NCBI GenBank assembly: GCA_965644295.1
Contig: CBFFRP010000408.1
Span: 62,001-126,000 of the forward strand
Direction of reading: 5' to 3'
DNA: 64,000 nucleotides
Origin: Paraphysomonas bandaiensis
Lineage: Eukaryota > Protista > Chrysophyceae
Under the pieces are notes generated by a model. It was not told the origin of the DNA and searched no databases. It saw nothing but the letters and a program-made list of their open reading frames with translations. This document shows, piece by piece, positions 1 to 11,213 of the stretch; positions within the stretch are counted from its first letter, which is position 1; each line of letters starts with the position of its first letter. The translations under genes were made by a program, and so were the position numbers.

Positions 1-2138
1 AGTTTCTTATCTCACTCAGCGCATCCGAATAGCTATTAACTTTTACTATGTCTGCAGTGCACGGTTTTAGCACATCATAAAGTGTACGTAAATCATTGCT
101 ATTCGAGCTGACTATGAGTGCTCTGTCCAGAGATACATCCGTATACCTAGTTCGTTCATGTGGCAAAAAATTTGTTGGTTCTTCAACAGGAAGCGAAGGC
201 ATACCAGTGGGAGTGTCTTGTACCAGTTCACAGCATTCTCTGATTTCATTTTCCGATGTAATTTCACCTCCATCACGCACTGAAGAGACACTAATTTCCA
301 TAGAGAATATACACCCTTTATTTTCCTCGGAGTACACCCCTATCCTGCCGTCATGTAGGCTAATAATACTCTGTGCAACTGAACAAACAAGAAACGTGTG
401 TTACCAAAATGAAAAAAGTGGAGGAAAACGCATACCATATAAACCAATTTCCGCATTCGCAGTTATAGTTCTGGACCGATAGTTGTCAATCATAGAGTCT
501 TTGAACAGGTCTTGCTGTACCTCCTGTACAAAACATTCAGAAAGTGAACGCCAGATAAAAAACGATAAACCTCTGGTACACCGGGGCCGTGATCGTGAAT
601 CTCGATGCACACTTTTTCAATAGCTCGTGAGCTGTCTTCCTGTGGACGTTCAAGTCCACTCTCCTCGTCAACGGCATATATTCTCACACTGCTGGTGGGT
701 GGTTTCTTAATAGGACTACCATACCTCGCAAAGCAGAAGACCTCTACACTCTGCCCTTGGGGAGTAACATTGATGGCATGGGAGATCAAGTTACGCAAAG
801 CTTGTATGAACTGGGTCTTGTCTACATTCACCATTGCACCAAGCAGACAGGTATCGAGATGCTCAGCCGAACTGTAGCGAAGATCAACTTGAGCATGAGC
901 AGCCTAAATGAACACGTGTAACTGCAGAATGCGCTCATTAGATTGACTTACCACTTGTTCCAATGGCTTTACAGCCTCGTTGATGATATCAAACACGGGG
1001 TGCTCCAAGCGTATAAGTGAAAGCGCATTGTCTTTAATTTCATCCACGAGCATAACATTGTCAAGCAATCTGCCCGCCATGTCACATGAATATCGCACGT
1101 CCGTGAGTAAGCGCTGCACTCCCGCCATGTAGGGCATATCGCAATATGATTGCACGGTAGAGTTCGTTATCTCAACACCAGTAATAATAGTCTTGAGTGA
1201 AAGATGGTACTCGTTAGAAAGAAAGCGAATGAAGTTCTTCTTCGTGGTAAGGTGATACTGCAAAAGAGGCGACAAAAATAAAAACACAAGAGATGACAAC
1301 AAAAAATGACTAATACCTGAGAGAGATCTCTCTCGTTGCGGGCTATACGGGATGGTATAGTAGCTGCAAACATGCTAAGAATTGCATCCCAGGCAGCGAT
1401 GAGTCCCGTATAATAGTTGTTCGGGAATGTATCAGCTCCATATACAGCTGCCTTCACAGTACCTTTCACTACAACGGATACTACTACAAGAATGCTGTAC
1501 ACCACAGCGTGTTTGTCAACTTTATGTGCTGGTGTCTTTCTTACAAAGTGAACAACTACCGATATCGCTACCAAACATGCGATAACAAGTAGAGTGTATA
1601 TTAAATTGTCGCCAAGGCACTCGCTTCCACATATATAGCTCCACATTGTAGTGTGGGCATGTACGCAAAATACAATCATAATGAAAAAGTACAGCCACCT
1701 CTGCACTGGAGTGAACCTCTCTTTCTCGTTAAACATGTGGCTCATCAGAAACCCCCTGAACATTACCTCACGTGTAAACGAAACACACAGGCGCAATGTT
1801 TGGTTTGGTGATAAAAATAACACGATATTCGGTACGGTCAATGATGTTATGTGTGCCCACCGCGGAAGAGTAATCGTGTGAGGCAACTTTCTGTCGATAA
1901 TTGCCTCAACAATAATAGGAAATGCAACGCCGATCGCGAATGCCTCCGCATATCTGCTGAACTCATAGCCCGCAGCCTGCACATCCGGCTGAGCCTCAAC
2001 CTCTCTGCCGAGAGCCCACGGTGAGAGCAGAGATAGCGCTGATATCACTGTCAGCAGGAGAAAACAAACCACATCCGGGGCACATCCTGTGCTTCGAATC
2101 ATAGCAGAGCCCTTTTGACTGAGACTGATGCTGTCCAT
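1..2138 (-). CDS. Multi-pass membrane hybrid histidine kinase-like protein (TM region + HisKA-like + HATPase_c + receiver-like); multi-exon, runs off the left edge; catalytic boxes degenerate
   Basis: ORF 1167-2141 is hydrophobic with several TM segments. ORF 904-1302 has FIRFLSNEYHLSL...LLDNVMLVDEI (H-box-like). ORF 490-834 has QALRNLISHAINVTPQG and IEIHDHGPGV (N and G1 boxes). About 290-380 reads SIISLHDGRIGVYSEENKGCIFSMEI (G2 box). GT-AG introns separate the pieces. Confidence 0.8.
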
Positions 2139-2652
2139 CACTCTGAATAGCAGAGTCTATATATATAAGACGTCTATATCCAGGTCGTATATATAGGTGT
2201 GTTATACAGTTATATATAGCAGTCCTGGTAACAGTTAACACACTAATTAACACCCTCCACATAGACTTCGGCTCTTTTTATAGGACCTACCCCCATTCCC
2301 GTGGCACGATATGAATAGTAAGTGTAGGATAGCACTTTATGTCGACAATGTCTTGATGCAGTTTATATACAGTATATATATATATATTATTCCTCCTCTC
2401 TGGTGTGGAAATCATCAGAATTGTCCTTTTGTGTGACAAATTTGGACCCCCCCCCACCGTACCGCCGTACAACATCTGTTTTATTTTGAAACCCTGGAAC
2501 TCCAAGCTAGAATACAATGATTGTACAGCACTGTATTACACTGTGGAGGAACAAACCCAAAAAATGGTGGAGCAAAAACACGGTATTCTGACAGTAACGT
2601 ACTCTGTATGCAGAGAGGAATCTACCGTATCAAACGGTGGATCAAACAATAA

Positions 2653-3039
2653 GGGCCCGTTCGGTTCATCCAATGGATTTTTGTGCTGGATTTGCATTCG
2701 CTGGATTTTTGAGAAATTCCACTGGTTGAAAATGCACTGTATTTGGGTAATCCAGCAAATGGGCATAGCACTTACTACCGAACGATTGCCACATCCGGTA
2801 TACGTGTATTTAACGCATATACTGTATGTATAATCGTGATTCAAAAATCCAGCACTTCTCAAAAATCCAGTGAATCGTCTTTCGACTCAAAACACGAAAC
2901 TAATTTCGCTGGATTTTTTCCAGCAAATGAGCATATTTTGCTTTTTTGCGTTCGGTAAGATTTTCCAAATTCCAGTGGATGGACGAAATCCAGCGAATTT
3001 GAGCAAATCCAGCACTTTTTTGGTCTACCGAACGCACCC
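2653..3039. mobile_element. PIF/Harbinger (Tourist-like) MITE, ~390 bp
   Basis: Ends GGGCCCGTTCGGT and ACCGAACGCACCC form an imperfect TIR. TAA flanks both ends (2650-2652, 3040-3042). Many internal AAATCCAGC/GCTGGATTT repeats occur in both orientations. Confidence 0.8.
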
Positions 3040-3452
3040 TAATCTATTACGACGATTTGATCCATTTTAGGAAGTCTCAGGAGTCCTACATAACACTACG
3101 AAGATGCCCTGTTTTTTCTGAAAACCCATACAGCAGTTTTCAGTGGAGGGCTCCAAAAATGACCATCGAAAACTACGAACGACACACCCATACGGCTGTG
3201 TTCTAGCTCCTGTTCTGCTGCTCTGTATTCCGGTATTCCAAATATACTGCCTTTCTTGTGTGCTGAGATATGATGATATATGTACTCTGTGCCAGCAACT
3301 TGCTTCCACTCATTGAAGAAAAGGAGTGTTATGGTACGGCTGTGACCTGAACCATTAGCCTATTAGTCTTGTATTGTTCAAGGTAGTGTGTGTCACGGAT
3401 GAGACTCTAACCCTCAGCTGAATACTATACCAACATATACAAATACATAAAC

Positions 3453-5171
3453 ATGAACAGGCCCCCTGGTAGAAAGCATGCAGTAAAAGACCTGTGCGGT
3501 ATTCGAGAGTCCCCCGGGGTTATTCTTGATTGTCAGAAGATTCTCGAGAGCATTGAACCCCTTAACGAGAGGTGCAAGGGGCCACTCGACAGAGCAGCGA
3601 ACAAGAACACTGTGTACCCGTTCGTGTTTCTCCTCGGCAACCACTCCTCTGGAAAGTCCAGTTTCGTGAACTATTTGCTTAGCCGCAGGGTTCAAACCAC
3701 TGGAGTAGCACCCACAGATGACTCCTTCACCATCATCGCACCTGGTCCAAAAGACGTTGATCGAGATGGCCCTTCTTTCATAGGAGATCCGGATATGGGG
3801 TTCTCCGGCCTGACTGGGTTTGGCCCTACGTTGATTCATCACACTCAGGTTTATCTCTCCTATACGTATGTAATTCGTGCATTCATGTGCCAGTCAATAG
3901 TTAAAGGTTCGAGCAAATACAGCAGTGACAGATTTCATGATAGTAGACACCCCAGGCATGATCGACAGTCCCCTTGTAAAGGACCAATTCGGGAGTTCGA
4001 ATGGACAAGGAATTCGGGAAGATATCGACTTTTACCGTCGTAGTAGTGTTGTGAGCAGCAACTCAAACGCTATGGACAGAGGTTATAACTTCGAGGATGT
4101 TATCAAATGGTACGCCGAGAGGGCGGATGTTATCCTTCTCTTCTTCGACCCGGACAAACCCGGTACAACTGGAGAAACCCTGTCCATCCTTACTAATTCT
4201 CTTCAAGGTACGTTGCTCTCCCCTCGTCATTGTATCTCTCTTCTGAATTTACTTTTTGGGGCACAGGAATGGATCACAAGCTACATATTATACTCAACAA
4301 GGCGGATCAGTTCAAACGAATACATGACTTCGCCCGTGCATATGGGTCCCTCTGTTGGAACCTCTCCAAGGTATAGGTATTAATCAATTTGTGATAACGG
4401 CTTTGTGTACTAATTAAGACGTAGGTGATTCCACGCAAAGATCTACCTCGTATATATACAATGTGCCTTCCGAGGTCCTATCAGGTTGCTTCAAGAGACC
4501 GCGATGCCGAGGAACACACACTCGGGCAGGGGTTTGTGGATCTAGAGTCAACCAGAGAGGACGTCGTGAAAGAGGTACTGAACACTCCCAAAAGGCGGGA
4601 AAACAATGACATCACGCGTTTGACCGAGAGAATACACCTGTTACAGATGCATTGTCGCATTGTCGACGATGTGCTCGCCAGACATCACAATGATCGATGG
4701 CGTTTCCGAATGTGCATGTTCACCTCTATTGCTGCTGCTGTTGTGGGAACTGCTGGGGCATCAGCGTTAGTGTCGACTCCAGAGGCCGTTGCTATTGCGG
4801 GAACATCTGGGACCGTACTGACTGTGGGCGTATATTGGTGGAAAACAAGGCAGCTAAAGAAAAGCTTATCGGAGTTACTTTCATTGAAGGGGCCACAAGG
4901 ACTGGAGAGTGTGTACAAGCGACTCTATGCACGGCGCATTGCAGATTGCGATGAGCACGTGGCGGACACTTGGAGAAAAGTAAGGGACCACTTCCAGATG
5001 GGATGGTGTCAAGAGGAAGACATCACTAGCATGAGCAGAATAACACAGACAGACTTCGATCTACTTGAATACATCATTGAGAAAGATATACCAAGTCTGC
5101 GGAGGCGAACAGCACCGGAGTTTACTTCACCTTCTAAAAGGTTTTCTCCAGGTAATGAAGACAATGCTTAG
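3453..5171 (+). CDS. EHD/sarcalumenin-like dynamin-superfamily GTPase with C-terminal hydrophobic hairpin; 4 exons
   Basis: P-loop GNHSSGKS, GVAPTDDSF, IVDTPG, WYAERADVILLFFDP, LNKAD and PRIY motifs across ORFs 3453-4043, 3925-4383 and 4425-5171. Introns lie near 3850-3900, 4209-4266 and 4371-4424. Confidence 0.9.
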
Positions 5172-6074
5172 CCGGTGAGTTTGGTATACAGTGTGTATAT
5201 GGTGTATATGCAACATAAAAGTAGTTGTCGGCGTGCTCTGGAGTACATATTAGCATTCTTTGTATCCTGCGTAAAGTAACGAAAATTAGATTTTCTAATA
5301 TTGAAACGCGTTCATCATATTATCAGTGTTTGACATTCTTAGGTTGGTTAAGACTCCAATAACTAAACGTTGAACTCACTCAATAGTCATTTAGTTAAAT
5401 TATAGTCATCATCTCTCACAATTAATTGTCATTCACTATAGTTATAATATATATTTAACTACTGGTAATAAGGAGGCTATATATGAATACTAATTATATA
5501 TAATAACTTGGAGTTACTAAGTGTGAACAGAAGTAAGAGTTACTAAGTCGTCCGCGCTCAAAATTTTGGAACGAGGGCAAAAAGTCCGAGTCTTAAAATT
5601 TAGACAAGGGGCAATATTGGCATTTGAACATTTTGTTGGTTTAGATCGTTAAAGATAATTATGTCGTAGACTAGGTAGATCATTCTTATTGCGTAGGCAA
5701 ATTGTTGTCGTAAATCTTTCATGTCAACCATTGACCAACTTCCACATCTTGAATCGTCGTGAAAATAAGATATAACGCTAGTCTTGGTATTTAGTAAAGA
5801 TACACTTGGTATTATTAGAAATAAAGATTGAATGGTAAGGCCTAATAGTACAATGTCAAGACACGTTTGAACAGAGCTTTAGCACCACACACATGTGCGT
5901 ATCTTGTACAGTGTAGAGTCGGGTATCATATTATTAGTTTGGTTATTATTCAGTCTATTTGATATTTCATTGTATACAATGCATGTGTTGTATTCACGCG
6001 TTAAGGGATATACGTGAATCAATGAATCCTAATACGTGATACTTCACTTTCAGAGTTATATAGCGATATAGAAT

Positions 6075-6355
6075 TTTTGACTAGGTTTATAAATAAAATT
6101 GACTATAGGTTGAATCATTTATTACTTTGACTAGAGCGAGAGTGGTTGCACCTTGGTGCTTGCGGTGACACAAATAGTAGGATATCAGAGTTAAGCGTTA
6201 GCTAGTTAAATTATTTTGCTACTACGTCAGTTCTGACTCTTTTACGCTTATTGCCTATATTGCTACTTATCAGACATTCAATACTATTGCTTTGACTAGG
6301 TATTTACATGAAAGGTAGTGTGACTAGGCCTTTCAACCAATTTGACTAGGTTGAT
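6075..6355. repeat. Cluster of TGACTAGG motifs (probable transposon subterminal repeats), interrupted by a LINE-tail copy
   Basis: About 6 TGACTAG(G) motifs here; the same motif cluster recurs at 61705-62022. Confidence 0.55.
6139..6286 (+). mobile_element. Isolated LINE/SINE 3'-tail copy (family B)
   Basis: GGTTGCACCTTGGTGCTTGCG...TAGTAGGATATCAGAGTTAAG...ATCAGACATTCA, shared with about 10 other loci in the window. Confidence 0.7.
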
Positions 6356-7656
6356 CAATATTTTCCTATTGACTTTTGTACATAAATGTGATGATAAATG
6401 TAAAAAACTATACTGTAGTCGCACGAGGCTTCGTGTTCTGTCATTGGCATCATTACCACACTTATGCATAAGTCGCTTAACATTGCTCCGAATCACCTTC
6501 AGTATCAGATGTAGCATTTGAACGCTCCAGTAATATTATTGAAGCATTGTTTCGAAATTCAGGCTACAAAAATAGATCGCTTGCGCTGTCATCATTATGA
6601 TCTTCTACAGCAGACGAAGGATGTTTGATGCCTTGTTGGAGTATAGTATATATCATTGAATTTTAGATAATACTGTCCCTTTGAAATTTCTAAACTACTG
6701 TGTGTATAATTCAAGTAATAATTTTATAATTCAAAAACCTTCAAAAGTACAGCATCAATCTCAAAATAGCGATTCTAAACAAATATTTATATATATAATA
6801 TCCTGTTCATCAAAATATATATATTGAAAATAAGAGTTATGTATATATGACATTGTGATATTCGGCAGAGGTACTGCTGTGCAGGTACCGTATCAATTAG
6901 TCCTACACAGAGTAGGAGCTTTGCACAGCTATTTCGTTTTTTATACAATATCGTATTCATGGACGTCCTGGAGTATATGTGTCCCTTAGAGCGTGCGTCG
7001 ATTGTACTGTGTGTAGTACAAACACGAATCCAATACCAATGTCATATTGTTATGCATTTGTACGAACATTATATATTTTATTCTTCTGTAGTATTGAATT
7101 GTTGTGGTCGCTTTTTATTGCTTTCGATATCAAAGTAGGTGTGCTGTTAGTGTTGTATATAAACTTCAAGAAGTTTTTTATTAGTATTGCATTACCCGGG
7201 GTGTTACACCGGGTGCAGCCAATATATATATATAACAAGAAAATGTAAGAACGAAGAAAGAAAATGAGAAGATGAATATGCTTGTTATATTAAAGCCTTA
7301 CTGCTGCCCGAGCACCCTCAAACACTTATATAAGAACATCTTCATACACGTGTTTTTTGCAAGAAGGCAATGTTAATACAATGATGACAAGCAGTGCAAG
7401 GCATATTTTTGTGGTGTACATGCAATTATATATGTAATGCACAATAAATATCACTAGCAAGTGTCTCACTTTTGTCCTCTGATGTATCTCATATATATAT
7501 ATATATATATATATAAGTGCACCTTGTTCTCAACCATAGCCAGCAATCACCAGAAAGTAGACAGCCAAATCTCATTTACATTAGTATAGTTGAAAGCCAC
7601 AGCGTGACATTAGTTACAAGATTATACTTGCCTAGAAGACTGATAATAATACAGCA

Positions 7657-8711
7657 TTGGTAGGAGCGGGTCAAAACAAAACATGGCCTAGACCTGAACA
7701 AAGCCACATACTCAGACACTGTGGTTTTCAACTTGACTCTCTCAAACATATTAGTCTTGATTATACACACGACTCCATCTCACAGATACGACAATCCGCC
7801 TTTCAGAGACACGGAGAGACTCCGAGAACTACAACGGAACCCGACCCTATCAACTTGGAATGTCGCCATATTCTCAAGAGGCTCTCCAGCAGAGTCTGTA
7901 ATACCTCAATACCACAGGCTGAGCGATTCTGGACGGGAACTATATTACGTAAGCCCGGCTGGAAAATGTGTTTGGTGCACAATACAACTGTGCGTTAAAC
8001 TCGCTAGGACTTCTTCGTACTCTATAAATAGTAGTTGTCAATCTTCTCCAGCCACTTAGCGCTGCAGCCAAACATATGATTCAAGACTGTAGTCACGGTT
8101 ACGTTACTACACCCAAAGGGCCACATTGACTCTTTCCTAGAACACGTCAGCAGCGTAACAACACGCGATTGAAACGTAGAAACAGACGACGGAAACCGCT
8201 GGTTCTTCGCTTACTAGGTGTAACAAAGAGACCTACTCACCCCGCATGTATACCTCTTCCACTATATCCCTGCACAAGTGGAAACGCCACCGCGCAGCCT
8301 CCGCCAGTTACTTATCTGCCCCAGGCTCAACACGTGACCCCGCCAGACACAATGGCGCTCCAATGTACCACCTCGCCCATGTTACCAGACTAGGTACATT
8401 CGGCTCACTAATTCAGAATCAAGTGCCCACAAAGTCCTGCAGAGCCCTACCCCAAGGGACGCCCCCCTGACTAACCCCATCTGCACTTTCAGGACTCAAG
8501 TCCATAGAGATCTTCTCCCTCACATACAGGAACGGAAGTGGTCACACCTTGGTGCTTCCACAAGCAGCTTTCGTATTGTTCTATAGTGGGATAGCTATGA
8601 GAATTAGTACTAGTTATTTACAGGTAGGAATCTATCTAGTTTGACTAATTTTCATCTAGCTACTTATCTGGTGCTGATTCTCGACGCCTATTGCTAATAA
8701 TAAGTCTTTCA
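7657..8711 (+). mobile_element. Degenerate 3' portion of a non-LTR (LINE-like) retrotransposon ending in a family-B tail
   Basis: EQSHILRHC resembles the second half of a LINE C-terminal zinc knuckle. PQAERFWTG is homologous to PQVERYWTG at ~17900 (-). A Pro/Thr-rich stretch follows, then the B tail at 8535-8711 in the same orientation. Confidence 0.55.
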
Positions 8712-9048
8712 TATACACCTATATCTATTTCACTAGACTATCGGAGAAGCAAACATAGAATTAAATGTAAACTATAGAGAAAAACTTGCTGAGGAAGCTG
8801 TGACATACTCTCAATGCTCAATGCGTAGAGCTCACAAACTTCATGAATACATGGTATTTAGTATTAACATCAAATTGTGCACGAGTTAGATCACTTGCAG
8901 CGTACTAGGTTACTAGGTTCCATCTAACCTATGAGATATTCTAAACATGAATTATTCCATAGTGCTAACAAATATACTGGGTCACATTAAAGCATATGAG
9001 AATACATACCACTTAACTGACACCGCAATCCATCTCCAACATCACATT

Positions 9049-10555
9049 CTATAGAGGCTCTAGTCTAAACCCAAGAGACTGTTGCCCCACAACACTATCA
9101 CATGACAATGAGTTCGAGTCTCCCCACCCATATGGCAGATTAGTAGGCGACGAAAGAAAAAGGATAGAGCTGCAGTCATCTAAGAGAGTCAGATAGCCCG
9201 TCAGAGTGAGGGATGCAAACCCATCTGCGCCACAGGAACTAAATTTTTCTCCACTGCTCCTCTGACATAGAGGCTTCGAGAACTGATGAATCTGGCGGTC
9301 GGGGGTATACTCCATTTGCACTTCCTCAAGCAGCTTCGTATCCTGATGGCCATTGCTGAATTCCGGGGGAGTGGGCAGGGATATTGGTTTTGTCTTCACC
9401 TCTAGTATTTGAGTCGTGTCTATAAGTGTCATCAGACTCATAAAATCTCCCCACGTACAGGCATGGGAGGTGATATCCAGGACATCTTCCGCTCTTAGTT
9501 CGCCGTATCCTTCCACTCTAAGAAAACGACGAAGAGATAACCCGAGCTGGAGAATGCGACCATGTTCATTAAGTACAACATGAAAAGGAAAGAGACGATG
9601 GAGATGATCATGAGATATACCAACACCTTTCCCACCACTTCTATCACCCACACCAGAGCCTGGACAGCATACAACATCTCCACCTATGGGTCCCAACCGA
9701 TTCTCCGAATACACACTGCTCTCAGCCGTCTCTGGCCCCATTCCAACAGCGTCATCTTCTCCTGAATCCAAAAATCGAGAAGTAAGAGCAGAAAACAGAT
9801 TTCCTCCACTGATGGGACAATCCAGTTGGAAGGGCACAGACAATCGACCCTCACTGGCAAAAACATTGGATGCGGTTTCAGTCTCCACTTGAGTCTCGTT
9901 CCGCACTCGCCATAAAGTATGCAAGGATCCACCCTCGTTCTGCTTGGCTAGATATTCCATGCTCACATTCAATCCAAAAAGCTGCTGGGCTACTTCGTAA
10001 ACAATTCCCACTATCACAGGTGCCAATCGAGAACCGCGGCAGCTACGGTAGTAGAGAAGGAATGAGTCGTTGCGACCCCCTTCAAATTCACACCTGAATC
10101 AAGATAGGCAATGAAATCGACAACTACAGCTCGAGTATGAGATATACCAGAGATCTGGAGGCACCATGTGCTCCATGGTCGCCTTCAAGTGTTTATGAAG
10201 GTCGTTAACACTAGCGAGCCAGTGCATGAGAGACCGCCCCAGCCCTCTCATGTATTCCCCGTAACCCATTTCGCAGGTGTATGCAAAAAAATACTCTCCG
10301 TACATTTCCAAAACCTGCACAGCCCTTAAGAGGCACTGGAGCGCCTCCTTACATGCAACTCACCTGCTCTTCGTTGACGCCAATAACCTCCGCGCAGGCT
10401 GAAATGGTTTTAAAATAAATGGAGTCGTGACTGTAGTATGTTATGTTGCACTCTTGTGAGCTTATGTTCGCTCGCCCCTTCACCTCATTCCACACACTGG
10501 ACCCATACTTGACTATAATCATTCGCTTCAGACAATCATTCAGCCAGCCGTACAT
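9049..10555 (-). CDS. H-NOX (HNOB) heme/NO-binding protein with HNOBA/PAS-like segment; no cyclase domain seen
   Basis: N-terminus MYGWLNDCLKRMIIVKYG; proximal His in NDLHKHL; spliced exon gives LLYYRSCRG (YxSxR); downstream LFPFHVVLNEHGRILQLGLSL and ILFLSSP. The 3' end is uncertain (possible small exons to ~8930). Confidence 0.88.
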
Positions 10556-11213
10556 TTTTCACTTTGCGGTCACCTTTGTTACAAAATCACACAGTTATAG
10601 TGCCTTGTTATAGCAGGCCCTGCTGATAGGAGTGGAGTAGATATGATGTACAGAGGGGGCCGTATATCATACGCATACTAATAAGTAACACAGCACAGTG
10701 CTGAGATACTGTGTTTACGTGTGTTCATCGCATGCAAGTAAAGGAGATGAAGTGAAGTTACGAAGTTGTTCTTCGCTCGTTTTGGTGTGAAGAAAGTGAT
10801 TTATTTTTTTACATTCTATCTCTGCGAGAAATACCGTGAAATACACTGAAATACTACGGCATGAAACGTATGTCTTGCTGCTGTATGAATAGCATATCTT
10901 CGGCACTACAGATGTATACAGTATATACACTATACATGTATGCCGCACAATGTACACATCGCTCAACGTCGCGTCTCGTTCAGGGTGTTCCATTATGTGT
11001 TTCATACATTTGAAGAGTCACTTACTCTTACTCCATTGAAGTATATGTGGTAGAGAATACGCATAGCTCCAATACCTGTGTTGCTATCTGCACGTATAGG
11101 TTGCAGTTCTTGATTACTAGCAGTCATTACATACCGACATTATAGATATAGATAATGGTATGTCCTTTCCTATCTGAGTTATGCTGTGGTTAAGCCTGTA
11201 TTAGGACGCAGGG

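Larger units (their letters stand above)
5455..6640. mobile_element. Decayed copy of unclassified repeat family D (terminal hairpin + coding-like remnant)
   Basis: AATAAGGAGGCTATAT...CCGCGCTCAAAATTTTG...AAATTTAGACAAGGG matches 14965-15050. 6385-6625 aligns by eye to 15230-15565 and, inverted, to 30170-30510. Confidence 0.55.

Noticed and set aside
7491-7514. (TA)n tract
   Set aside because: An ordinary microsatellite.
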